DNA of 64,000 nt from an uncultured Pseudomonadales bacterium (GCA_964607285.1 CAZSJW010000001.1:250555-314554), one strand, 5' to 3'. Positions 49,171-59,234 are shown, counted from the stretch's first letter. Numbers and translations: made by a program. Notes: a model not told the origin generated them from the letters alone.

Positions 49171-50391
49171 GTGGGATATACAAATGCAGCAATTAGCGGA
49201 TTTAGTTGGCAGACAGTGCTTAAGGTAGCCACAGCAGGTATCACACTTGCTAAGATAGCGGTACTAGCTAGACTGCTTACCCCAGACCAATTTGGTCAAT
49301 TCTCACTGGTGAGTATTGCGCTTGGCCTGTCTGAGGCCGTCACCGAAACAGGCATCAATGTAACCATCCTCCAATCAAAGCACTCAATTGAGTACTTTGT
49401 AAATACTGCATGGGTTGTTGCAATCTGTCGAGGACTACTTATAGGGTGTTTGATGGTACTGCTTGGCATTGGGATGAGTGAGTACTACGCAGACTCAACA
49501 CTTGCCCTGCTCGTGGCTGTAGCAGCTCTTATCCCTGTAATAAAGGGATTTATTAATCCCGCCATTATTCATCTACGCAAAGAGCTCAGATTTTTTGCTG
49601 ACAGTAGCTTTCGTTTCTCGCTAATAGTTGTAGATGCCGTGCTAGCAATTATATTATCCCTAGTAATGCCTTCTGTCGCCGCTCTAATTTTGTCTATGAT
49701 TGGCGCAGCACTCTTTGAGGTAGCATTATCATTCATAGCTCTGGGGCTACGACCAAAGTTTGTAGTTGTGCCATCGAGACTCAAAGAAATACTAGTGAAT
49801 GGCAAAAACTTGACCCTAGCAACTGCACTCACATACTTGAATGAGAATATGGATAACTTAATTGTCGGCAAATTGCTTGGCACCTACAACTTAGGGCTCT
49901 ATCACAACGGATATCGCCTAGGACATAAACCAAACGCTGAGCTGGCGAGTGCGGCAAATCATGGCATCTTTCCAGTTTTTACCAAAATCGGGGAGGACGC
50001 AGTTCGCTTGCGCAGAGCCTTCTATCGCACGGGCATACTAATTTCACTGTTAGCACTGGTGGCTTCACTCCCATTACTCATCCACCCAGAATTCTTTGTG
50101 CAACTTGTCCTCGGTGATCAATGGCTGGCTGTGGCACCAGCACTACCATGGTTTACACTTGCAGGTTTTATGCAAGCACTACATGTAGTTGGCTACTCTG
50201 TCCTCATTACTAAAAAGAGGTATTCCATGCTCAACTGGCATCAGCTAGGCACTGTCTTGGCTACTACTGCTGCACTCGTAGTATTGTGTCCTCTCTACGG
50301 TGTGGTAGGTGCTGGCATAGCTGTGTTCTTGGGGAGGCTGCTGTTTTCACCCCTCTTAGGGTATGGAGTGTACAAAAGCCTGCACACATGA
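49171..50391 (+). CDS. Wzx/PST-family polysaccharide flippase
   Basis: LARLLTPDQFG, multiple TM helices, DNLIVGKLLG...LGLY, LGDQW. Confidence 0.88.
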   Translation: MGYTNAAISGFSWQTVLKVATAGITLAKIAVLARLLTPDQFGQFSLVSIALGLSEAVTETGINVTILQSKHSIEYFVNTAWVVAICRGLLIGCLMVLLGIGMSEYYADSTLALLVAVAALIPVIKGFINPAIIHLRKELRFFADSSFRFSLIVVDAVLAIILSLVMPSVAALILSMIGAALFEVALSFIALGLRPKFVVVPSRLKEILVNGKNLTLATALTYLNENMDNLIVGKLLGTYNLGLYHNGYRLGHKPNAELASAANHGIFPVFTKIGEDAVRLRRAFYRTGILISLLALVASLPLLIHPEFFVQLVLGDQWLAVAPALPWFTLAGFMQALHVVGYSVLITKKRYSMLNWHQLGTVLATTAALVVLCPLYGVVGAGIAVFLGRLLFSPLLGYGVYKSLHT

Positions 50392-51149
50392 AACATACAG
50401 AACACTCAATCACAGTCTGCATTCTTACCCACAGGTCTGACTCACTATTCCTACAATCACTTGAATCTTCCCAATTTGCCCCTGAAGTACTCATCTTGGA
50501 TCACGCAAGTAATAATGACTGGCAAGCCTTAGCAAAAAGGTTCAGATTCACAGTAAAAAAACTGGACTCTACATCCATCAGCAACTTTGGAGCAGTGCGA
50601 AATCTAGCATTGGAGGTTGTGACCACGGATTGGATTTTTTTTCTTGATAGTGATGAGTCTGTCTCGCCAAATCAAGCAGCTGTTCTCCTCACACTACTGG
50701 ATAACCCCAAAGCTGCAGGATACACAATAACAAGGAATGATACTTTTTTAGGTCAACCCATTCGCCACGCTGAGGGTACAATCCGATTGACTAGGCTTAT
50801 GAGAAAAAAGCGAGCCAAATTTGTAGGCAAGGTGCATGAAAAACCGACCATTTCTGGCGGTGTCTTTCACAGTTCGGTGCACATAGCACATCATCCACAC
50901 ATTTCTATTACTTCATTCATTAACAAAGTTAGTTGGTACTCACGGCTAGCTGCAGCTGAAAAACAATCAAGTGCTGCACAAAATTTCTTGGAATTACTCT
51001 GGTATCCTCTTGGCAAGTTTACATACAATTACTTTGTAAGAGCAGGATGGCGAGATGGTTGGGCAGGGCTATCCTACTGTTATATCATGAGTCTGCACTC
51101 ACTTTTTGTAAGAATAAATTGGTATGAAAAAAATATTGTACAAAACTAA
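50388..51149 (+). CDS. GT2 glycosyltransferase (WaaE/beta-1,4-glucosyltransferase-like)
   Basis: FGAVRN, WIFFLDSDE, VHE, GWRDGWAG; start at ATG 50388 (ATGA overlap). Confidence 0.85.
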   Translation: MKHTEHSITVCILTHRSDSLFLQSLESSQFAPEVLILDHASNNDWQALAKRFRFTVKKLDSTSISNFGAVRNLALEVVTTDWIFFLDSDESVSPNQAAVLLTLLDNPKAAGYTITRNDTFLGQPIRHAEGTIRLTRLMRKKRAKFVGKVHEKPTISGGVFHSSVHIAHHPHISITSFINKVSWYSRLAAAEKQSSAAQNFLELLWYPLGKFTYNYFVRAGWRDGWAGLSYCYIMSLHSLFVRINWYEKNIVQN

Positions 51150-52341
51150 TGCTCAAAACACTGTGCTGGTGCACCATAAAGTACTACTCTGGCTGCTCAT
51201 TGGACTACTTGCTCTAGGACAGCTGCAGCGCATACAGCTAACCACCACTGTTGCTGGTTATATGCATGAAATCATACTGGCAGCAATGCTAGCTATCTTT
51301 CTAATTGAAAATCGAACCAATCGCTCAAATCTTTTTTCTATGTTTTCTCATGTAGCACATTCCCCTTTGATCTGGTTTATAGGCTGGATCGGTATTTGGA
51401 CTAGCATCAATGCCATTCTTCAGGCAGATATTGTTCCCTTGCTGTATTTGGGTAGACTTGGGTTACTGGCTATGAGTGCAGTAAGTATTCACCTAACGTT
51501 TCAGTCAAATCGAACGTACTTACACTACTCGTTACTAGCGCTGGGTTGCATATGGGCAGTGTTGGGTGTGCTTCAGTATCTATTTATTCCAGATACCCGT
51601 TTCCTTCTGATTCTAGGCTGGGATGAGCATTACTACAGACTTATTGGCACAGTTTTTGACCCTGCCTACATGGGCATACTTATGGTACTTGTAAGTATTT
51701 TTTTATTTTCTGTACTCTCTAAAAAACCTACTCTACAAAAAACAATGCTAGTTTGCCTGTTCTCAGCGGTTTGCGCACTAACATATTCAAGAGCAAGCTA
51801 CGGTGCACTCGCAATAGCGTATCTTGGCGTCTTGATCGTACAAAGAAAAACTGCTGTCTTTCCTGTGCTTGTCAGCGCGGTAATAGCTGTTGTCATAGTT
51901 TTTGTAGCACCAAAACCTGGTGGGGAGGGAGTGATCCTGACCAGAACCGCAAGCATCACTGCACGAACAGGACAAGCACAACAGCTTTTGCAAAACTTGC
52001 AACCAATGCAAGTACTCTGGGGTGAAGGTCTATTTTCAAAGCTAACAATAGAAGAATCCAAACAGGCAACCGTATTAGGTATTCCACAACACGCACGTGT
52101 GCCTGACAACATCTTATTGTTGCTTTTCAGAGGCACTGGTTTGGTGGGCTGCACATTCTTACTGTACGGTATCTGGAAACAATTTCACCAATTAGTAGAA
52201 TCATTGCCATACCTTACCATTGCACTCGCCAGCACCATCTGGCATAGCCAATTTAACAATACGCTGCTACAACCCTTTGTGCTGTTATTTTTGTTGCTTG
52301 GATTTATGCCCACACTTGAAAAATTTACAAACGGAAAGTGA
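51124..52341 (+). CDS. O-antigen ligase/Wzy_C-like membrane protein
   Basis: About 12 TM segments, YRLIGTVFDP, LTYSRAS, DN..L...GTGLVG, HSQFNN. Confidence 0.8.
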   Translation: MKKILYKTNAQNTVLVHHKVLLWLLIGLLALGQLQRIQLTTTVAGYMHEIILAAMLAIFLIENRTNRSNLFSMFSHVAHSPLIWFIGWIGIWTSINAILQADIVPLLYLGRLGLLAMSAVSIHLTFQSNRTYLHYSLLALGCIWAVLGVLQYLFIPDTRFLLILGWDEHYYRLIGTVFDPAYMGILMVLVSIFLFSVLSKKPTLQKTMLVCLFSAVCALTYSRASYGALAIAYLGVLIVQRKTAVFPVLVSAVIAVVIVFVAPKPGGEGVILTRTASITARTGQAQQLLQNLQPMQVLWGEGLFSKLTIEESKQATVLGIPQHARVPDNILLLLFRGTGLVGCTFLLYGIWKQFHQLVESLPYLTIALASTIWHSQFNNTLLQPFVLLFLLLGFMPTLEKFTNGK

Positions 52342-53050
52342 CTTTGTATTCCTGTTCCAAAACGTTTCCACCCTGATCGGTAACAGTAAACTTCAAGTTG
52401 TTCTCACCCTCAGATAATCGTATTCTATGAGTAAATGCTCCCTCGCTATCAGGAAAGACTAAGCGATCATTGATAAGAATTCTTGATTTAGGCTCTGTTT
52501 TCCCCGTAATGGTGAGGTCTTGGTTAGCTCTACCCTGAATTTCTTGTCCTTCAGATGGATTCGTAATTTGGATGGAAGGTTTCTCTGTGTCTAGCAACAC
52601 CAAATATGATTTACTGACAGCTGACTCATTTTTTGCTGCATCAATGGCATACGCTGAGACTGTGTTTTCACCCTCTAGTAAAGTGGCATCTATCTCGAAA
52701 TCGCCAGTGTCTTGTATAGTAATCTCCTGATCTCTATTACCATTCAGTAAAAATACTAGCGTACTACCAGCTTCACCAAACCCTGTGATTAGTAATTGAG
52801 CACTGTTTGTGGCTTGGACAGGAGCAGAAACTATTGGTACTTGCGGTGGTAAGGTATCGATGGGGTTGAGAGAACTGGCATCGCTTAGAAATGCATTGAT
52901 TATTCTGATAAACCCAGGAATTACAACAAAAATAAAGCCGAATAGAATCAGTATCGAAGCAATAATCAACAAAAAGGTTTGCTTTACAAGTTTTTGTCGT
53001 TCTTTGCGAACAAGTCGAGACGATGCATATTCGGGTCTTGGGGTTGCCAT
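52325..53050 (-). CDS. Membrane-anchored protein with two Ig-like domains
   Basis: TM helix, DTLPPQVP, two LxEGEN...D..xN repeats. Confidence 0.78.
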   Translation of the reverse strand: MATPRPEYASSRLVRKERQKLVKQTFLLIIASILILFGFIFVVIPGFIRIINAFLSDASSLNPIDTLPPQVPIVSAPVQATNSAQLLITGFGEAGSTLVFLLNGNRDQEITIQDTGDFEIDATLLEGENTVSAYAIDAAKNESAVSKSYLVLLDTEKPSIQITNPSEGQEIQGRANQDLTITGKTEPKSRILINDRLVFPDSEGAFTHRIRLSEGENNLKFTVTDQGGNVLEQEYKVTFRL

Positions 53051-53116
53051 ACTGCGCCAGTATAACTGTTGACCTTGCCAGACGCAAGCGGGGGTACATC
53101 TAGTTGGAGCAAGTGG

Positions 53117-53878
53117 CTATTTATCTTTTTTCGCCCGAATAGCTAGAAACAGCGGAAACTCACTCCTTGCCCTGTTTTCCATCCGTGCCGCTGAACCAGA
53201 GCTACTTTTGTTTGAGATCCATTCTTCAAGTGCGGTCACCGCAAACCCTCGATCTGTAAGCAACCCGACAATCTCCTGCATCGATCTATGAAATGACCAA
53301 GTCACGCTAGAATTTGGTTGCCCAGGGCTCATGGTTATTGGCACTTCTAGCGGGGAGATATATCTGTTCATCCATCGGTACTGCTGTTTAGTGTTTTCAT
53401 CTACCCCCCATCCAGATTGTCTGGGCACTCTAAAGCAAGGGTGATTTAACACAAGCACGATAGTTCCATTCTCGTCTAACATGCGTGTAGCATTGTTTAA
53501 AGCTCCATCCCAATTTCGCATATTCTGCAATGACAGCAAGAACACTGCATGGCTAAAGTGCGATGCATTGGTGAGAAGGGGCTTTGTGACGTCCTTACAT
53601 ACAAATGTGTAATTTTGCTTCTTACAATGCGTACATGCATACTTGATTAATTCAGCTGAAGCATCTATTCCTAGGTACCCAGCAATCTGTGGCAATGCTT
53701 GTGTCAGAATTCCCTGTCCACAACCGAAATCTACCAAGGAGCTAGAAGGAGAAAGTTGCAGCAAGCGTAAAAGACCAGGCAAAATGACCTGCTGGTGGTA
53801 GTAGTGACCATCAGTTCCAACCAACTTGTCATACCAGGAGTTGACTGAGTTCCACGATGTGTTTGGCGGTGCTTTCAT
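53117..53878 (-). CDS. Class I SAM-dependent methyltransferase
   Basis: LVDFGCGQG, GIDAS, LNHPCFR, FHR, EFPLF. Confidence 0.88.
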   Translation of the reverse strand: MKAPPNTSWNSVNSWYDKLVGTDGHYYHQQVILPGLLRLLQLSPSSSLVDFGCGQGILTQALPQIAGYLGIDASAELIKYACTHCKKQNYTFVCKDVTKPLLTNASHFSHAVFLLSLQNMRNWDGALNNATRMLDENGTIVLVLNHPCFRVPRQSGWGVDENTKQQYRWMNRYISPLEVPITMSPGQPNSSVTWSFHRSMQEIVGLLTDRGFAVTALEEWISNKSSSGSAARMENRARSEFPLFLAIRAKKDK

Positions 53879-53915
53879 GCGATTTTTATTCTATATGCAG
53901 CTACACTGAACGGTG

Positions 53916-53988
53916 AGCCTGCGACCGGAATTGAACCGATGACCCGCGGTTTACGATACCGCTGCTCTACCATCTGAGCTACGCAGGC
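53916..53988 (-). tRNA. tRNA-Thr(CGT), CCA not encoded
   Basis: Cloverleaf GCCTGCG...CGCAGGC-T, anticodon arm GCGGT-ATCGTAA-ACCGC, T-loop TTCAATT. Confidence 0.92.
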
Positions 53989-54193
53989 AAGAAAAGAGAA
54001 GCTGATATATTGTACCGCATTTTTATATCTTACGACTTGTATCTATCATGAAGAGATTAAATTTGTTTTAGTGACCAGACTTGGCAACATTTCACTGGAA
54101 AAGATATGCCACTTAATTCGGACAGTTTTGTCCTTTATTCATACTCAGTTTTAATGAATTTCTCACAAACCAAACTTAGAATGAACTCAGAAT

Positions 54194-54766
54194 ATGCTTG
54201 ATACTCTAAAGCAAACCGACGCAAACAGTCAGTTTCGAACTAGAAACATGGCTTTTTTTGCTTTAACTGAAGTTGCAGTACTCACTGTATTGCTTCTCAT
54301 TGCAGTAACTTGGTCACGACCCGATGCTGATAAACAAACTGTAGTAGTTTCACCATCAGCGAGTCCGATTGAACTGCAAGAACCATCAGCAACAACTTAC
54401 ATCGATGATGACCGCACTACTCCAACAGCAAAAGAAGCACTCCTAGAAAATATTATTGAAGACCCAGAGGCATATACTGGTCAACAGGTGACAGTCACCG
54501 GTGTTGTGAATGTTGTCTATACAGATAGAGCATTTTTACTTGATGGACCAGGGCTGATAAATGATACTATCTTGGTGATCAGTAAGACCGCATACAATGT
54601 AGAGTCTTTTGAATCTGTTGCAGACACCACTAAAACAAGTATTACTATTTCTGGTACAGTAGGGGTATTCGACCTGGCAACTGTTGAGTCGATGCTGAAT
54701 TCAACTCTATCTTCTGCCCAGCTTGACACTTTTGCGAGAAAACTTTTATCCTTGTTGATTCTGTAG
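54194..54766 (+). CDS. Membrane-anchored protein with OB-fold-like domain; C-terminus possibly frameshifted
   Basis: TM helix, IIEDPEAYTGQQVTVTGVV; the -1 frame from ~54735 gives EKTFILVDSVVANSE* ending at 54783. Confidence 0.6.
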   Translation: MLDTLKQTDANSQFRTRNMAFFALTEVAVLTVLLLIAVTWSRPDADKQTVVVSPSASPIELQEPSATTYIDDDRTTPTAKEALLENIIEDPEAYTGQQVTVTGVVNVVYTDRAFLLDGPGLINDTILVISKTAYNVESFESVADTTKTSITISGTVGVFDLATVESMLNSTLSSAQLDTFARKLLSLLIL

Positions 54767-54816
54767 TAGCGAATTCCGAATGATACAGACTGCATATTCG
54801 TACTGAGATATGAATG

Positions 54817-56136
54817 CTACTCAACAAGATGTCTTTCAGAAGGTAAGTAAGCAGTGATTGCAGGTCCGTTTGGTTGCCTTAAAAAAACGGTTGAGAGTTT
54901 TTTTCCCACAAGTAACTTACTTCCACCCTCTACCTTCCATACCCGCTCAATCCTCATCTCTTTTTCAATAATTTTTCGTGATCTTTCCAGTTCAGCTTCA
55001 CGAGATTGGTGGGAATCTTCCTTTTCTGTTGCTCCCGTATCGTTATTTATATATACGCCTTTTTCATCAAGCAGAGCAATTAGTAACGCCAGGTGCAAAC
55101 TTGGAATTCTACTATGCAGAGAAATTGCATTCATGTCGCATATGACAGCCACGTTACGTAGCAGATTCGTACCTTTAATATTCAATGTAAGCAAGTCTAT
55201 CAAATCCATTTTAACTGAAACAACGAGGTGTTTATTATCTTCAATGAATTTCAGTTCGTCATATTCTAGGTATGGTGGTTTTTCTTCGCTCTCTGGGTCA
55301 ACCACTCTGCTAGTGTACGGTCCAGTACTATAGTAGTAGCCCTTTATTCTCTGGATACATTCATCAACATCCGCTCCCAGACTAGTAGTAACGAAAAGTA
55401 CATTGCCATCTTGAACAGCATGTTCAAAGTGCTTTGCCAATCTAATCCAACTAACACTCAACATACCTCCCACATCTAGCATGATAAGCGGAAAGTCTGT
55501 CAGTTTTTTCTCTTTTAATCGTTGTTGGATAATGCTTGCAATCGTGAGCTCTTCGCCAATGAGCTCACCAAACTCTACATCCTCTGGCAATTCCTGTGCC
55601 TGCAGCCAAAATTTTCTTTCTAGGCTCGCTGAAGTATTGTCATTCGGTATCCAAACTGCTTTAGCGCTACCATATTCTCTCCCATAATCTCCGTCACCCA
55701 GTGGCCAATCTAGCTCTACTTTTTTCATTTCCAGCTCAAACTCATGATTTTTCTTAGCACGTTCCTCAAATGCGGATAGTTGATGCAAATGAGCAAAACC
55801 CGCAACTGTTTGCTTTCCTGCTAACACAAATGCTATTTCTTCTTCCGATAAATTAATTTTTTTGAGTAGCTTGATATCAGCGCTACTCAGTGGGCAAACT
55901 GTTCTCATACCCTCGTCATCAACCACAGATTTTTGCAGGCTTTCTACAAGTTTAATTTCAGATGAACTAAGATGTACTGCAGTTTGCGTGTTCAAGTTTG
56001 GCATGATTTCATTCCTATCAGCAAAGAATGAAAAGCTCTCAACCTGATTCAGTTCCTGTTCACTCAGCTGTGATCTTCCATACGTTTGATCACTAGCTAA
56101 GTATTGTTTACCTAACAAACTCATTTCGTTTTTCAT
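54817..56136 (-). CDS. Hypothetical protein, possible degenerate SAM-binding fold
   Basis: 439 aa; IMLDVGG motif-I-like segment and LLDEKGVYI late motif. Confidence 0.55.
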   Translation of the reverse strand: MKNEMSLLGKQYLASDQTYGRSQLSEQELNQVESFSFFADRNEIMPNLNTQTAVHLSSSEIKLVESLQKSVVDDEGMRTVCPLSSADIKLLKKINLSEEEIAFVLAGKQTVAGFAHLHQLSAFEERAKKNHEFELEMKKVELDWPLGDGDYGREYGSAKAVWIPNDNTSASLERKFWLQAQELPEDVEFGELIGEELTIASIIQQRLKEKKLTDFPLIMLDVGGMLSVSWIRLAKHFEHAVQDGNVLFVTTSLGADVDECIQRIKGYYYSTGPYTSRVVDPESEEKPPYLEYDELKFIEDNKHLVVSVKMDLIDLLTLNIKGTNLLRNVAVICDMNAISLHSRIPSLHLALLIALLDEKGVYINNDTGATEKEDSHQSREAELERSRKIIEKEMRIERVWKVEGGSKLLVGKKLSTVFLRQPNGPAITAYLPSERHLVE

Positions 56137-56236
56137 ATAATTATGGTATCACTCATTTTTCGTTCAGATGCTAGAACAGAGCTGGGTGAAGAATAAGGGC
56201 GCAAATCAGAATTGAGAAAGTTGAATAGCAACAGTA

Positions 56237-56310
56237 TGGAGCGGGATACGGGAATCGAACCCGCTTCTTATCCTTGGGAAGGATACATACTACCAGTGTA
56301 CTAATCCCGC
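56237..56310 (-). tRNA. tRNA-Gly(CCC), CCA encoded
   Basis: GCGGGAT...ATCCCGC-T-CCA, anticodon arm TATCC-TTCCCAA-GGATA, GGTTCGATTCC. Confidence 0.95.
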
Positions 56311-56412
56311 TAGAAATCACGTCTATTGTAACACTGCTCACTGCAACCAACAATTTTTACAGTACCGTTTTCCCTATTCTAGAAATGGGAGAAGTGTTTG
56401 TATACTGAGTGC

Positions 56413-58440
56413 ATGAGTGAAAGCCCACCAAAGATATTGGGTCGTTCTTTTGAGGCTTCCCAAAAAATCTCCACTGCTAGTAGAGAAGGGAGTACCTTGG
56501 CGCAGCTCGCAAGACAAGAGGGCTTACCAAGCAGCGAGGCGACAGAGCTGACATATAGAAAAGAGCTACTCAAGCAAGAACATTTGCAAGAGATTTGTTT
56601 GATGCAAGCGCGAGCCTTACAGTTTGTATTCGATGTCGCAATAGAAAATCCTCACATCACTAAGCAGGAGCTTATTGACCTGCTGAAAAACTCAGCAGAC
56701 GTAGTACAACCACGATTCCTGGAGCAATTGGCTGAAACTGTTACAACATGTGCTGCATCTATTGAATCACTGCGTAGGGAAGTCATTCATGACGACACAG
56801 AAATTCAAGACAATCAGCGATTCACTGAAGAGGTTTTTACTAGTTTGGTAACTCCAGCGTATGTCACCAAAAAGGGTTTGTCCTCTGAGGATGTACTAAG
56901 CCTGACCAAGTTACCTCATACAGTAGTGTTTACTAGCTTTGGACTTATCTTGCATGTATACAATGAAGAGGCTTTCTCAATTTTATGGCAACCACCTATC
57001 GCTGGTGTAGTTATTGCATCGCATACGCTTACTTACAAAGCGAGACAATCACAGAATGAAAAAACACTCATTCTACCGATCACTGTAATTAGTGGTCAAA
57101 ATCAAACCATGGTCATTGACCATGAGCAAGCGCACTCTGAGTACAACGCACTTGTTGACACCCAAAAGATACTAGATGTAGAAAAGAAGAGTTCAAGTTC
57201 TAGTGAAACAAAAGTAGCTGCAGAGATGGTTGTGAGTCAAGAAACTGATGTTACATCACTGACTGCAGAACTTGCACAATTAGTAGAACTACTCAGATCA
57301 GATCCAAATAATATATACAGTGTGCGAAAACAACCAGCTTTTCTTGCGGCTATAACATATGCATTACACAGAGCCAAAGATGAGTACATAGCAGACATGA
57401 AGCCAAAGGAAGGAGATGCAAATGGCAGATATAACATCTTGACTGATGAGTTTGGACCCTACAATTTTTTTTCATCTGCACTCAAAGTCGGTTCACGAAC
57501 ACCCTTGATGACAGAACTTTGGGATGTATATGCCCCACTGCTAGAGGAATACACAGCATCTGCCCGTTCTCTATATCGCTTTTACTCATCAGATTCAACT
57601 TGGGCACAACGAAAAGAACTCTTCCGCTTAGTGCTTGTTCAGTTCCCGATTGATCAGTGGGAAAGTCAGCTAGACCGCCTTGGTTTCATGAGAGAACGTG
57701 AATTAGCAACCTGTGCTGAGGCCGCTTCATTTGCCTTCAACATGGAGCTTTCTGCTCTAAATGGACTAACTGATGAGCATTTGATCTATCAGAAATTTTT
57801 CAGGCCCCACCTACAGCGATTTGATCAGATTTCGGAAGAAAATACACATGCGATAACCAAGAACCAATCGTATTCACGGCTGTCTGTTCTTTCTCAATCA
57901 AAAGAGAAAGTTAGAGCAGTACAAAATGAAATTAGGCAAACCCCAGAATACCGTTTTCTAAACAGACTGCAAGCATTCAGGAACATGGCACATGAAATTG
58001 AAAACAATATACATGAACTTTCAAACAGCATCCCCAGAAACTTTGCAAACATACAGGAGCTCGATCATCAGCTACAAATCCTTATCCAAAAACTGAATCA
58101 AACTGTCAAGTTTTCTGCTGATAGTACTCAGATGGAAGCTGCACTCATTCCCATAGTTGAGGAAATCCTACCACTCCATCAAAAATGTAAATCTATTGCT
58201 GATGCTATAACAACAATGCAAAATGCGGAACTGCTTGCTGAAGAGAAAGCTGCTGAATGGAGTATCACTCTGCCTAGAAAAGAACGACATATCCGAGAGA
58301 GTATTTTTTTTGCACACTTGCGAAAGTTGGAAGACAGCTTTTACGACAGAATCAAAGATCTTCCAGATTCAGAAGGCCTTATTCCAGAAGTGGCAAAGTT
58401 TGTCTCAGAGGTAGAGTCATACTTGGATACTGCTGGTTAG
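56413..58440 (+). CDS. Large hypothetical protein with HExxH motif and helical C-terminus
   Basis: IDHEQAH plus downstream AKDEYIA; start at ATG 56413, 6 nt after TATACT. Confidence 0.65.
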   Translation: MSESPPKILGRSFEASQKISTASREGSTLAQLARQEGLPSSEATELTYRKELLKQEHLQEICLMQARALQFVFDVAIENPHITKQELIDLLKNSADVVQPRFLEQLAETVTTCAASIESLRREVIHDDTEIQDNQRFTEEVFTSLVTPAYVTKKGLSSEDVLSLTKLPHTVVFTSFGLILHVYNEEAFSILWQPPIAGVVIASHTLTYKARQSQNEKTLILPITVISGQNQTMVIDHEQAHSEYNALVDTQKILDVEKKSSSSSETKVAAEMVVSQETDVTSLTAELAQLVELLRSDPNNIYSVRKQPAFLAAITYALHRAKDEYIADMKPKEGDANGRYNILTDEFGPYNFFSSALKVGSRTPLMTELWDVYAPLLEEYTASARSLYRFYSSDSTWAQRKELFRLVLVQFPIDQWESQLDRLGFMRERELATCAEAASFAFNMELSALNGLTDEHLIYQKFFRPHLQRFDQISEENTHAITKNQSYSRLSVLSQSKEKVRAVQNEIRQTPEYRFLNRLQAFRNMAHEIENNIHELSNSIPRNFANIQELDHQLQILIQKLNQTVKFSADSTQMEAALIPIVEEILPLHQKCKSIADAITTMQNAELLAEEKAAEWSITLPRKERHIRESIFFAHLRKLEDSFYDRIKDLPDSEGLIPEVAKFVSEVESYLDTAG

Positions 58441-58515
58441 TTCGCTGCTGCACTACTACATTTTATTTGTAGCAAAATCAGTGAAAGAGTACTCTCTGCT
58501 TAGAGAGCACAGTCT

Positions 58516-58901
58516 CTAACTGTCTGTATTAGTACGTTCAGCTTGATAGTACTTAATCAATTCTTTATCGTAGGCGATACGATTGCCTTGATACAGCACC
58601 TCTTTTGCAGAAGCTAAATCAGGAAACGATATGCGAAAAGTAGTGAGTGTCCATTTTATTAACTCGAATACCAATCTGTTCTTTTTACTTCGAGAATCTT
58701 CAGTACTACCATAACGGTTGATATCAGCATCAATATGTGCCAACTCTCCAACTGTTCTTACTATTTCAGGTTGTTGTAAGCCAAGATCAGTAATTAAGGT
58801 TACTAAATATCCGCACCTCGCAGCGCATCATACCGTAAACTTCCTGAGAGTGTCACAGTTCCTTGATATTGTTCAGTACCTATACCAGTCTCTTTAACCA
58901 T
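58516..58901 (-). pseudogene. Frameshifted hypothetical gene (~128 aa if joined)
   Basis: ATG at 58901 reads MVKETGIG...YDALRGA then stops; the -1 frame near 58811-58814 continues GYLVTLITDLG... into ORF 58516-58743. Confidence 0.55.
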
Positions 58902-58972
58902 AGAATGCCTTTGATTTGTAAGTACTGAGAACAAGTATAGCAAACTACAAGATCAGTATATTGCACCTATTG

Positions 58973-59210
58973 ATGCTTTTACTTAAGAAGATTCTGGTAA
59001 ATTTTTCACTATATAGCCTTCATAATTGTTATTGTTTCTTTCTTTACAAGAGGTGGGATTAACAAACCCATCATTGCCATTGCATCCGTAGCAGTGGGAG
59101 CAGCAGCGACTGCGTTGCTATTCATTCCACTTCCCATCGGATTTCAATGGCATTACATTTGGGGTATTGCGGCAATCGCTGCTCTCTTTGGTCACAGATA
59201 CATAGAGTAG
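58973..59210 (+). pseudogene. Small 3-TM membrane protein gene, apparently frameshifted (absent from the ORF track)
   Basis: Start-less open frame 59001-59210 (IFHYIAFIIVIVSFF...IIAIASVAVGAAATALLFIP...WGIAAIAALFGHRYIE*), preceded by ATG 58973 in the neighbouring frame across an A3T5 run. Confidence 0.5.
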
Positions 59211-59234
59211 CGAAAAAGCATCAAACCAAATCAC

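Noticed and set aside
56237-56310. tRNA-Gly(CCC) as ligand of the glyQS T-box
   Set aside because: The proposed specifier GGC requires anticodon GCC, not CCC
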